Part shown: positions 35,652-47,519 of the stretch, piece by piece
Numbering within the stretch: position 1 is the stretch's first letter
How the letters are laid out: each line of letters starts with the position of its first letter
Assembly: GCA_008632985.1 (NCBI GenBank)
Contig: QPGO01000015.1
Coordinates: 435,998-499,997 of the forward strand
Reading direction: 5' to 3'
Source of the DNA: Psammoneis japonica
Taxonomy: Eukaryota
DNA: 64,000 nucleotides
Notes under the pieces: generated by a model
Database searches by the model: none
Told to the model about the DNA's origin: nothing
The model's input: only the letters and a program-made list of their open reading frames with translations
Program-made: the position numbers and the translations under genes

Positions 35652-36392
35652 TTATTTCCTCGTTAAACTAGCTCGATAAATCCGCCACGACCCAATCGCA
35701 ATGGCTTCAAAAACTACATCGTTCAGTACCTCTACTAAAGCTGTTAGGAGGCGAAGGTCGGTTTCCGCCGATTCACCAGGTTGCACGTAACGACCAAACT
35801 CAAGCAGAAGATCTACCTGTGTTGCCAATATCAAAAGCCCCGTCGAAAACGATCCAGCCTTGAAAAGGCGCCATAGAACAGTGGGATAACCCCCCTCGGC
35901 AAGGTCGTACGATTCCCTTTCAAAAGCCTCCGCGGCAAGGGAGCCGCCAACCCAACATGACGCCAAAGCAGCACCATGTATCAATGTTGGAGCCACCAAG
36001 CTTCCTCGATACTGCCAAAGTGCATTGTCAAAAATAGGACGAAGCCATGTTGGAGCAGGTGCGTGGACAAGACTCAGCCAAAGCACTTGCAAAGTGGGTG
36101 CAACCACTTGAGCAATCAGGGTATCCGTCAGAGGAAGACCCGGATCATCGATTTTTGGATCCGTGAAACGAGTCAAAAAATTGTTTTGCATTTCATCATT
36201 TCCTTGCTTGGGGTCAGACATGTAGAGCGAAGACACATGATATCGGGAATTATCAACATTTTGGGGGGCTGGCGATCCGCTTTGTGAATGAAAACGGTGA
36301 GTCAGAGAGGTTGAGAAACAGTGGCATTGGTCTGGTATGAAAATTGAAGCAATTAGTAAAGCCAACAGGGAAATATTTGTTGGTCGCTGCAT
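35652..36392 (-). CDS. Hypothetical plastid membrane protein
   Basis: Signal peptide ending CHC-FST, Ser/Thr-rich transit peptide and about 4 hydrophobic segments. Confidence 0.7.
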   Translation of the reverse strand: MQRPTNISLLALLIASIFIPDQCHCFSTSLTHRFHSQSGSPAPQNVDNSRYHVSSLYMSDPKQGNDEMQNNFLTRFTDPKIDDPGLPLTDTLIAQVVAPTLQVLWLSLVHAPAPTWLRPIFDNALWQYRGSLVAPTLIHGAALASCWVGGSLAAEAFERESYDLAEGGYPTVLWRLFKAGSFSTGLLILATQVDLLLEFGRYVQPGESAETDLRLLTALVEVLNDVVFEAIAIGSWRIYRASLTRK

Positions 36393-36772
36393 CGTAAAAG
36401 ACACTTTAGTGCTTGGGTGAGGTTTAGTCGATAAGCACGTTCAGCGGTCTTGTCACACACTCATCGTGGTGTTGTGTGTGTGTGTGTGTATTGAGATTGA
36501 AGACGCGCGTTATTCGCGTTATTGGGCTTATCCTTTTTTCGTCAGCTTTCAGTTTATTTTTCCGCCAGATTTTGGTTTTTTCGTTTCGCCAGATTTTTCG
36601 CGCACATTTGCCTTGTTACGTGCTTTGACTGCTTGTCAGATAACAAGTTGACTAGTTCTCGTGTCGGCCCAAAGGTCATTAGCATCGGGCACAAAACAAA
36701 AAAGACAACGCCATGACATGGTAAAGATCGCTTTTGCGCCGCAATCGCCAGTCTGAATCCCTGGACAAGACC

Positions 36773-39686
36773 ATGGCAGGTGTGATTCTGAATCCAGAGT
36801 CCGAAGCGGAGTCTTCCTCTGTTCCAAAAACTATGGCAGAAGCTCTTGATTTTCCTTCGCCCGAGGAAGCGCTTCTCGCACTGTCGCAAGCATCCGAAGC
36901 AAAAGCTCGCCGCTTGTCATTGGAACTTATGACCCAGCTCGATGAGTTGATGGGTTCGCTAGATAAAATGGTGCCTCCTGTTCTTTCTGATCTTCCTAGT
37001 AAGACTGGCGACGACGATAAAGCTCATCCTATTGAAACGTCGGTGGCATGCGCCGACTCCATTCATGCTTCGCTCACGAAAATTGCATCTGGTGGTACTC
37101 AGGCTTCTCAAGATATCCGTCAGCTGGAAGAAGAGAAACGTGAGATGGAACAGCATGCTCAAGATGTTGAAACAGCTCTGGCGCTTCGTAATATTTCCGA
37201 ATCGGCAGCCGAAGGCCTCAATACCCAGCGCTACGATGTCGCAGCCAAGGGTGTTATGGAATACACAGAGCAAGCACGGCTAGAGCGACACACTGAGCGT
37301 GCCCTGACTTATGCTGGAACTTATACTGTACAGCAAATTGAAACGACCAAACAGGTGTTACGTAAGACATTATTGGAAAAGTACGAAGCGGCTGTTAACA
37401 AAAGTGACCTTCGTGCACTCGGTGAACTCACTCCGCTCCTTCAGATGGTGCAGCTCGAGAAGGAGGGAGTCGCGCTTTACTTGCGATACTTACAGGCTGT
37501 CATGGCCACAGAGTGGAAAGAGCACGGCAATCAAGATACGACCTCCGCCCCGCCTTTTACTCAAATGGCGCGCATTTACAACCACGCCGTCCAGACTCTT
37601 CGTCACCACTTGCCCATGGTTTCGTACTGTCTGGCGAAAGCTGACGGCGACGCTGCTGTTGTACAGCTTGTACACGTGCAGGTAGAACAAAATGTTGTGC
37701 CCATGTTCCAGGCTTATATCACGGACCGTCAGCTTGCCACTTTAGCCATGAATGCACAACGCATCTACACGCTTTTGGAAGAACGCTATGTTAACTTGGG
37801 GAGAATGGATATGATTGAGCATTCTGATCCCGAGTCGGCGCCTCGTGGCGCAGATCGACATGCAGAGGACATGAGTGATTGCGGTTTTTCCGTGGAAGTG
37901 GGAAGCTTGGCCGATGTTGATGCTTCGATGGAGGAAGCAGCTCTTTGTCTTCAACACGCTGAATCCTACGTAAGGTTCCTTCGTCATACCGTTGACGAAG
38001 TCAACAAGGCGCGAGAGCTTCGTCACAAGGCTGATGCCGAACAACGCCGTTTGCATAGGGAGCGTCAGGAGTGGTCTACCGGTGTCCATTTGGAGGATGA
38101 TTCCGAGGACGAAGATTATACGCCGATCGAAATCATCCCCTCGCACACCCAGTTGCACGAGGTGGTTGCCGAGGTCGGGGGGTACTACTCGGGCATTGAG
38201 CGCTGCTTGTTGCTGGCATCTATGCAACGTGCGTTTACGCAGGTGTCTACATCTGAGGTAGACCTTCGACAGTACAGTCCACTGGGAATAACGGGCCATG
38301 GCACGGGTATCGATCGTCCAGCTAGTCGCGCGTTGAAGACGTCACTTGTCGAAACCTGCCTCTATGCTACTCGTCGATCTACACAGCGTGCCTTTGCCAC
38401 TGGACACACAGGTACAGCGGCAGCTATGGCCAACTTTGGCTCAGACTGTTTGGGTGGCGTTTTGCTGGAGGTCATGTCTCGAAGAGCAGAAGAGTTTGGA
38501 GTTGCGTGCTTGAAACCTGGCGAAGGGTTGCTTGAAGGCTCTTCTGGTCTTTTTGGCAACGCAGTGATGGCGTCGGCAAACATGATTCGTCGAGGTGCAC
38601 CTGTTGGTGCGCACAGCAGTCACGAAGACGACGGCGCAGAGCGCGTTCGTATAGAGCAGGGCATAGCTTGTGCCTGCGCAAATCTTAACGATTTGGAGGT
38701 GGCCGTCCATCACACTCAACAGTTGGAAAAGATGTTGACAGAAGCCATTGAAAAGGGTTTCCCTCCGAATAGTCATGATACGGAGCAACTACGTATGTGT
38801 GTCAAGAGTCTCAGCCCTGTTACACAGCGTTTCCGAGCGGCTTCCAATGGTGCAGTAGATTCTTTGGTTTCAGTAATGGAGAATCGAGTTCGATCCATCG
38901 TGAGTGACGCAGTCGGTGTGGATGGAGCGGCATCAGGGATCGCATCTGGCTCTTTCATGGGGAGTACAGTAATAGGCGCAGGCAACGTCGTAGATCGGTC
39001 GGTCGTGCGAATGAATTACAATCTTGATGATGCCGCATATGAGTTGCTTCAGCTAAGTGAGGGATACATGGCACGGCTGTACGTGAAGAAGTGTTTAAGA
39101 CGACCGTCTTTGTTGTTTCTTGTGCTCAACCGCTGGTTTCAAATTTTAACGAAACAGGTGCTCATCGTTGGATGAACTGATTCGCCCACTTCGAATTCAC
39201 TTGGAACCTGGTTTGTCCGACAAGATGATTTTGGGTGTGCTCGGCAGCGCTTCTAAACGAATCGAGGCTGCGCTTCGTAGGGTAAGTAACTTCATAGAGA
39301 TGATTTCGACATGCCGTGCCCGTGATCTCACTGTTTCCGCTTATCTTCTTGCTCAGTGCAAGTTCACGGCCCTTGGTGCCTTGAGCTTGGATTCAGATAT
39401 GCGTGATTTGTTGAGTTACTCAAAAGACAGACTCGATTCGCCAGAGCTGACGTCGAATGTGGCGCTATACCGTGCATGCGTCCCGCTGTCTCGTCTCATT
39501 CAGATCGCCAAGCTCCTCAATGTTGATGATCTGGAGGACGTCCTAGATCTTATCTCAGGAGGAAAGCGGAAGGGCAACTGGGAATTGAAACTAGATGATG
39601 CCAAGGCATTCTTGGGCCTTCGAGTGGAGTTCGAAAGCCGCAAAGTCAACGAGCTCTTGAGTGCCTCTCACGATAAAGACGCTTGA
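36773..39686 (+). CDS. COG4: Conserved oligomeric Golgi complex subunit 4; 3 exons, introns ~39079-39157 and ~39282-39356
   Basis: Long helical protein whose C-terminus reads KFTALGALSLDSDMRDL...RLIQIAKLLNVDDLEDVLD...AKAFLGLRVEF, matching the COG4 C-terminal signature. Confidence 0.8.
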
Positions 39687-41689
39687 TGTCTCATATCGTT
39701 TTTGGTAAAGTTTGAGAGTCATAATCGAAAGACGATAAGTTACAGATTTTGCATGGGGGGATCTCACCGCCATTATTTTTGGCGCTGTCGAATAGAGAGT
39801 AGTGGCTAGGGAACAGAATACAGATATCATACGTCCATTGTAAGAGGTGCTGAATCCGTACTTATTGTAGTTTCTACTATTCTGTTCTAGATAAGCTCTA
39901 TCAGGGAGAATGCATGCCAGCAGCAAAAGCGGAAGCTCGACGAAGGGAATGGAGGATCGAGAGCTCGCTTGGCATGCTTTAGTTTGCACTTAAGCAATGC
40001 TCCGGCTAGGAGGAAAGCCAAGTAAAGGACGCAATGCAAAACCAATTTTACAATCGTGACAGCTTGTCGAAATGCTGAGCCGCACCACAACACTAACACC
40101 GAATCAAGCACAGCAGCTTCGCACGTCGCTTGTTCCAACACTGTGAAAGAAGGAGGAGATGAAGCATTGTGAAAGGCGATGAAGCAGCCTTCCAAACAAA
40201 TGCGCTACACATGACACCTGGTAAAAGGAAACCATGCACTGGCACAATGGCAATGGCACCCTGTGACTGTCCAGTCACAATGGGAGACCATCCATCTTGT
40301 TTTTCCCAAGAATGACGACTCTTCCAATGATTCCGTGTCCCCATGCCAGAAATTTTCCTGAAGCCATTTGACCTGAGAGCACATCCTCCCAGGAAGCAAG
40401 GAGCATGTGAGAGCCTCACAAGAAGTGCCGCAAACTAACTCACATTGTTGACAGTGCCAGTGGTGTGATTGTGTGCACTGCCACTCTTGCTGCTGAGGTG
40501 ATTTCTTTGGTGGCACACGAAGGTGGTGAGCGGCCAACTCAAGGCCACTTTCCCAACTCCTGTGCCATGACCCCAATGACTGCACCTTTGATTGCTCATC
40601 CATCCATGACTCTAAGTGAGGCTCCATCCACAGCTCCAAGCAATTTTCCATCAGCAGCTCTGGCTCATTTTCTTCATTGCAAGTGCCAGACAAGGGGTTG
40701 TCTCTTGGTCCTCCCGCTGGCCCACCTCCATCTCCAACCAGTGATGCTGCACTCAGATGAGGTGACAAAGGAAAAAAACCACCAACTGACGGAGCATTTG
40801 GGAGGCCTTCTGCAACCCATGTCACCTCCCAACTTTCCATCACAGAGTCTCTCACACATTGCTTCCTGTTGGTTCCCCTGCAGCAATTCCAAGCTCACCA
40901 ATGGGACATCTCTCTTGGTGCATCAGTGCTCCTGACAAGGGTTTGTGAGCTGAGCCCCACCCCAGAAAATCCTCTGTGCACAGACCTTTCAACTGTGACA
41001 TCATGAACAATGAAAGACATGGTCCCAGTGCACGGGGAAAGAGGTTGACACAAGCAACCACCTTTCCATGCTTTTTGAGTTTGGGCTCTCCATGGCTTGC
41101 TGCTGGGCACTTGGAACAGCTCATTTCAGGTTAATCCTGCTCTCATTTAATGCCACAACTGGTTGCTGGCAAAGCCATGAAAACCTGGTTCAGGAAACTG
41201 GTGTCATCAAAGAGGAGACAGCAAATGGGGTGAGCACCTCTCATCACAACATTTGAGCAAGAAGGGGGCAAGCATGGGCTTGTGCAAAACTCCCACAGTT
41301 TTGCATCAGAGTGTGCAATGTGGCGATCATCACACATCTTTTCATTGTGATTTTGTTCATAGACAAATTTTTTACAGTTTCAAACCTCACCAGTTGTGTG
41401 GCTGGCAATGACATGTCAACCATGACCGATTGACATTTTTGTGCTGTGGGATCAGACCCCCCCTCCCGGTGAGAAAAAATGTTTCACTGAGAAACAGGGA
41501 CACGTTTTCCCTGTGAGAGTGCCACCCTCTGTCCCTGCAAAACCTGTAAATTAAAATCATTTGCATTGCACCATGAACATTCTATTTTGTTGTTTGCATT
41601 TGAGCTGAATGACGCCAATGGGGACAACACCCTGGAGTCTGCAGCAGCAGTTGCAGCTCACTTTCTTTAAGTGCCACTGCTTGCAGCCA

Positions 41690-42520
41690 CCTTGTTCATT
41701 GCCAAAAAAGTGCAAAATGCATTGTGAGAGTACAATGTGGATGAACCAACACCAGGAACAGCAACATGGACTTGCCGGTGCATCCGGCGCCACTGATTCT
41801 GGAATGAGCGTGTTTGCAGCAGGAGCTGCTGTTTCATTGTTTGAAGTGCCATTGCTGTGTTCCACCTCATTCATTGCCAAAAAGAGCAAAACACATTGTG
41901 AGAGCATTGCACAGATGAACCAACACAACCCACAGGAACGGCAACATGGACACACCAGTGCATCCGATGCCGCTGATTCTGGACCAGGTGAAGTGACACT
42001 GCTCTGATCCACCTTGTTCATTGCAAAGAAGTGCAAAGGGCTTTGTGAGAGTGCATGGGACAACAACAGCAACCAATTGAAACCGCAACACAGACTTGCT
42101 GGTGCATCTGCCGTGGCAGATTCGGTCGCCGGTTCCCGACCCCGCGAAGCTGATTCCGGATCATGTGAAGCAACATTGCTCTGACCCACCTCATTCATTG
42201 CAAAGAAATGCAAAGTGCTTTGAGAGAGTGTGTGGGACAACAGCAGCAACCAATTGAAACTGCAACACAGACTCACTGGTGCATCCGCCGAGGCAGATTC
42301 GGTCACTTCTGCCACCGGTTCCTGACCCCGCGAAGCTGATTCCGGATTGTGTGAAGCAACATTGCTCTGATCTGCCTCATTCATTGCAAAGAAATGTAAA
42401 ATGCTTTGTGAGAGTGTGCAGAACAACAACAGCAACCAATTGACACCACAACGCAGACTTGCAGGTGCACCCGCTGCCGCCGATTCGGGAGCTTCTGCTT
42501 CCGGTTCCCGACCCATTGAC
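41690..42520 (-). repeat. Tandem array of about 5 diverged units (~145-186 bp)
   Basis: ORF 41557..42522 repeats APAS..C..NWLLLL...LSQ..LHFFAMNE..QS.VAS..PESA. Confidence 0.85.
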
Positions 42521-42667
42521 ATGGAATTGGCAGCTGCTGCGACGGTTGTTGCAGTCGAACCCCCCTGCTCTTGACCACCACAAACAGTGGAGAGACTTGG
42601 GAAGCCTTTGAGAATGAGCCCAACAACTCAGGCAACCTCCAATGGGTTGCCTCCCCACTCTCTGCCT

Positions 42668-42935
42668 CTGCAGTCTTTCTGGATCTGGACACAGAAATTG
42701 GAGAAGACGGATGCAACGTAAGTGAACACATCAAAAACAAATGAAGCTCTTTTTGTGCATGCCTTTTTTGAAGAGTGTCACATGTGGTAAAGAACTTTTC
42801 ATGTGTGTGATTCTGAGAGCTGCAGGAACAAGCACCGCCTGCAGTCTTTCTGGGTCTGGACATGGAAATTGGAGAAGATGGATGTGTTGTCAGCGAATGC
42901 ATCAAAAACCAATGAACCTCTTTTTGCACATGCCT
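42668..42935. repeat. ~170-bp tandem duplication
   Basis: ctgcagtctttctgg.tctggaca...aaattggagaaga.ggatg occurs at ~42669 and ~42839. Confidence 0.75.
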
Positions 42936-45907
42936 TGTTTGAGCAGTGTAATTTGTGGCAACTTATGATGATTCTGGATGCAAAACTCTGACACACACGA
43001 TTGTGACAATGCTGCAGAAAAGTGAGCTTGTGACGTGCGTGCACACAACACACAACAACACACCAGCAGCTCAGCATTCTGGATGTGGCAGATTCGTGAC
43101 AGCACACTCGCGACAACAAAATTCAAGCTGCACCTGAATAAAACCCCATCTTGACCAACCAGAAGGATGGCAGGCATCACCGTGTGTTGAGCTGCTGTCA
43201 TCGGCCAATGGGGCAAAGTCTTTCACCGCCATGGCCGGAGGTCAATTTGCAGATTTGCGACCACACGCAGGATCCACGTGAATCATGACAGCGCACGCTC
43301 TCATTTTTCAAACTTTGGGGAGAGGGTGTGCTGTTGTGAAATGTGTGGAAAATTGCGCATGTAAAACACATGCTGAAAACGCCGTAGACCAAAGGGCTGC
43401 GCAAAGGTGAAGAAAAATGAAGGTGGGTCACGTGCGTGCGTGAAGTGCTGCAGACTGCACAAGTGCAAAGACACATGCACGTGAGTGAGGAGGACAAAGT
43501 TGAAACCAAGTTCAAATTGATTAAGATCAAAAGGAAACCAAACCATGCATCACAAAAAAATGGATTTTGACTCCAATTGAGTTGAACATTGCATGCATTT
43601 CATTGAAGCTTGTGCAAGAAAAGTCATCAAGACATCAGATGAAATGCAAAAAAAGGCTTCAATTTGTTGAGCACTTTTTCTGGCATTTTTTAAATTGTGC
43701 TTGTTAACAATTTTAACAACGCACATTAAAAAAATGACAAAGGAAAGTGGAAACCACTGTGTTGCCGCCTCTGATGTGTTGGAATGGTTTGCACCTTTTT
43801 TCCAAAACAAAATTCCAGTTGTTTTTTTCTCCCATGTGTGCAACAAGCAATTTTTTCTGCTGAAAGCAGCAATTGCAAAAAGCTCATTTTGACCACAAGG
43901 TGGCCATTGTTGCGAGCTGCCGCCAATGCCCCCACAATGTGTGTCAACCCATGTTCAAGATTGTCAAAGCACAAAAGTGGCAGCAGCAGTGGGAAACCAG
44001 ACTTGACAAACTGGGGGGTGAAAGGACCTGGTGTGAGTGCAAAATTTTGCAATGAGACACTGTTTGAAGCAGCAACTCAAGTGCTTTGTGCACACTTGCA
44101 CATGGACAGTCAACAATTGAACTTCTTGCTTGGAACTCTCATTCTGGCATTGGGAGACAGCCACACAGCACAAATTTCCAGAATGCTTTCTGAGCTGCTT
44201 TTGTTGTGTTGACTGTGAAGGTTGTCTTGCAGGCACACCTGAGCTGATGGTGCAACCCCTGGCAACAAGAGTGCTTTCAAGCACTGCACAAGGACTTGAT
44301 GAAACATGGCAAATGTCAGTGATGGCACAATGATCACACTGTCAGAATTGTGACAGACCTGAAATCCATGCATTGGCTGCAAGCACCCCATCAGACTTGT
44401 GCCACTCAATTTGCACTCAGACAATTTATGGTGGACATGTTTTTTTTGGCATCAAGGCAACATGTGTTGCAGAGCTGCCAGCCATGTGCATTTCTTTTGT
44501 CCACCTGGCACCTGGGTTGTGGACATGACACGCACACTGAGATTTTTTTTTGCCATTTGTGTCAAGTCAAGTTCTTTGTCTTATGCTTGTGGGACCCAAG
44601 ACATGTGAGAAAATCACACCCAGCACATGCACAGTGCCAACCAGCAGGGTGTTGTGCAGCCTGCCTGCCAGCCTGTTGGCGGCAATTGTGGGGAAAAACA
44701 ACATTGTGTTGGACACAGCACTGCACAGCTGGCACTTTTCAGTCTGATTTTAAACAATTTGGCACTTCTGGGAAAACATGCAATGGAAGTGGTCATCAAC
44801 AATGTGGTTGTCCTTGCCAATTGTCTTTGGTGTTCTTTCTTGCAGACAGGCCTGGAGACCTCTTCTTGCTCATGGGTGTGCACCACCGCTTGGAAAAGAG
44901 AGAGAAACCCCATGCATGCTGGTTGAAGAGGGAGAGGACCAATCTTCAAAACTTTAGAGATCACCTGGGTTGCAGCAAAATGCTGTCATCAGAAAATTTG
45001 GCACATGTGCACAGTCGCCACCACAGTTTTTGTTGATGCAGAGGAAACAATGGCATGATGATGATGGTGAACTCAGTGAGTGCAAAAACCTTCTAGCCAG
45101 CAGAGTCCTGTCTTGTCCCTCCAATCCTGTTGTCCACACACCAGGAGGCAGAGCCTTGCAAAACGGGTGTGGTTGTGTTCTCATCACAAATTCTGGCTCC
45201 ACACATGGTTGTTTCCAATGGCAGCAATGATGGCTCAGCTGGGTGGAAGACTGGGGAATCAACTTGATGATGAGCAAAGATTTGCCACAGAAGGTGCGCT
45301 CAAAGTGACAAGGGGGGCTTTGCAAAGCTTCTCCATGACAAGCTGAGAAGAACAAAGTGTGCAAAGCTGCAGCAAGAAGTTCCCGGGGTGTGACAGCTTG
45401 CTGATTGCCGCTGAAGCAAGAAAAGCCAGCTGGGCACTGGTGCATCAGGACATGGGATTGTCCCACCGATCATGAAAATTGTTGGGGTCTTTGTCCACCG
45501 GATTCCTGGCAAGACAGAGTTGCATCTGCTGGTTTGATTTCTGGTTCTGGGGATCATGGAGACGACACCGTTGCAGGTTGCGCCAAGGTGTTGCAAAAAT
45601 GTCGGGCCCGGAACGTTCTTTTTGCAAGAGCAAGTTTCGGACCGACTCTGGTTGCAGAATTAGGAGACTCAAAAGCTGTGCACCCTGTCGGAATGGGACT
45701 GCTTCCGAGCGGCTCTTCATTTGCTAGTGCAGCAGGGGCGTGGCGGTTCGGAGTGACACATCGAAGAAATCGCTGTTTTTAAGTCATGGAAGTCAGTGAT
45801 CTCTTGACCATTTCTTGGTTGCAACAGCAACAGCTCACCAGGAGGAGCTCGTAAAAATTAACAAGCACAGCACTGTATTGGTCATTTCTACTTGAGTAAT
45901 TTGTTTG

Positions 45908-47305
45908 TTAACTGTGGCTTTCCTCGATTTTCGCCCTCTTCGTTGGAGCTTCCAATGTTGTCATCGCAGTCGCCGACTTCTTTTGTTCGCTGTTGTCGCC
46001 CAAAAAGTACGCATCCTTGTACACATGTTCCCCCTGCTGCTGCACATGAGCGTTCTCGACTGTTTCATCAACGTTCCATTTCGTGCACAATTCTTGCAGG
46101 CTGCGACATTTGCATACCGAGTCAATGGTATGTTTGCCATCAAATTCATAGACGAGATCCCGCACTCTTGGAATCGGTGACCGACGATTACTCATCATTT
46201 CACAAACAACATATTTTACATTCTTGTAGTTGGTGTGATATCGAACGGCCTCTCTCAAATAGTCTTGCACAACCGTGGTCTTTGATTTCAACAGCTTAGA
46301 ATCATAACCAAAGCTACTCGAATCAATGCAATCTAATGACGGCGGTTTCACAAAAATACTTGTGTTGTAGAGAGCTGGCCGCGCCAACAAAACTCCATCA
46401 ACTCCAGTTTCATCCTTAAAATCCATCCACTCGCGTCGAGTGTAAAAGTCACCATTTACCAATAAAGGAAGAGTAGGCGCCTTCGACTTTAGCAAGTTTA
46501 CTACTTCTTTCAGCGAGTCCCAGTCGGCCGGTGCTGTGGATTCATCCCCCACACGCCGCGCATGTATGGCGATCGCATTGACCCCCGCCTGGATAAGGGC
46601 TTGGCAAAAATCAAGCGTTGATGCCGTATCTTTTAAAAGTCGAATCTTGGCAGATACCGGACATGGCAGATGGTTTCGTAAGGTACGAATAACACTCGAC
46701 GCCCGTTCTGGATCGGATAAAAGTGCACTTCCCATCCCTCCACTCACCGAGAACTTTTTGGGACTAGCACACAATACAAAATTCATTAGCAACAAGCTTC
46801 ATGCTTTAGCAGATAATAAAGGGAACAAGAAAGAACCTCACCAACCCATGTTTACATCCATGGCATCAACATCTTTATGAACATGAAGAGCAGCTTCTAA
46901 GGCGAGATTGGCCTCTCCCGTTCCCATTTGGCAAACCAAACGACCGCGCTCAATAGAAGGATCAATTCTCAACAATACAGGAGGCCCTCCGGCCTTTTCT
47001 ATTCTTATCAATTGCTTCTTTCCCATGTTGGATGTGTCCTTGATGTAATCGATTGTATTCAGTTCTGAATTGATGACGCGTTTAGTGCCAGAAATAGCTC
47101 TGTCCACCAATTCTTCAGTGTAAACAAAATCGGCGCCATACTTCAGAGCCAAGGTTCGGAGGGGAGTCGTCGACGCTCGTACCATGGGAGCCAAAGCTTC
47201 TCCGCGATACAAAGCACGGGCTCGTTCTTGTATGCACGAGGAAAGCTCAGAAGTACTTGCGTTGAGAGAACAAGAAGTGCTCGAGTCGTCGACGGATTTC
47301 TTCAT
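45908..47305 (-). CDS. DUS2: tRNA-dihydrouridine synthase (DUS2-like); 2 exons, intron ~46840-46765
   Basis: Motifs LAPMVRASTTPLRTLALKYGADFVYTEELVD, QMGT, DVNMG(C)PKKFSVSGGMGSALL, SAKIRL, AIHARR, NGD, GVLLARPALYN. Confidence 0.88.
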
Positions 47306-47519
47306 TTTTAAGCGCTTTGAAGTTTAGAAGCGTAGAAGCTGCAGGTTCTTTTGAAATTGGTTAGCAAATCAATCGGCAGTAAGGACTGAAGCTCTCGCCT
47401 CTCCCCTCTTTCCCGTCTCTACAGTAGAGAAAGCCGTACTACATACCGGCATTGTGTGTGCCCTGTGGCGGCGCGTTGGGCGGGGGGCGGGCTTCAGGCT
47501 ACAGTAGGGCCCTACACAG

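Larger units (their letters stand above)
40200..45780. mobile_element. Old degenerate TpA/CpG-depleted domain, repeat-derived and unassigned, containing an exon-intron-like tandem repeat
   Basis: Abrupt compositional change between the convergent COG4 and DUS2 genes; many Cys/His-rich spurious ORFs. Confidence 0.5.

Noticed and set aside
41690..42520. CRISPR-like array
   Set aside because: The units are long diverged tandem repeats without unique spacers, the context is eukaryotic and there are no cas genes.
40205..45466. Cys/His-rich ORFs that look like metal-binding proteins
   Set aside because: The Cys/His/Gln excess is the expected result of CA/TG enrichment; there is no consistent zinc-finger spacing.
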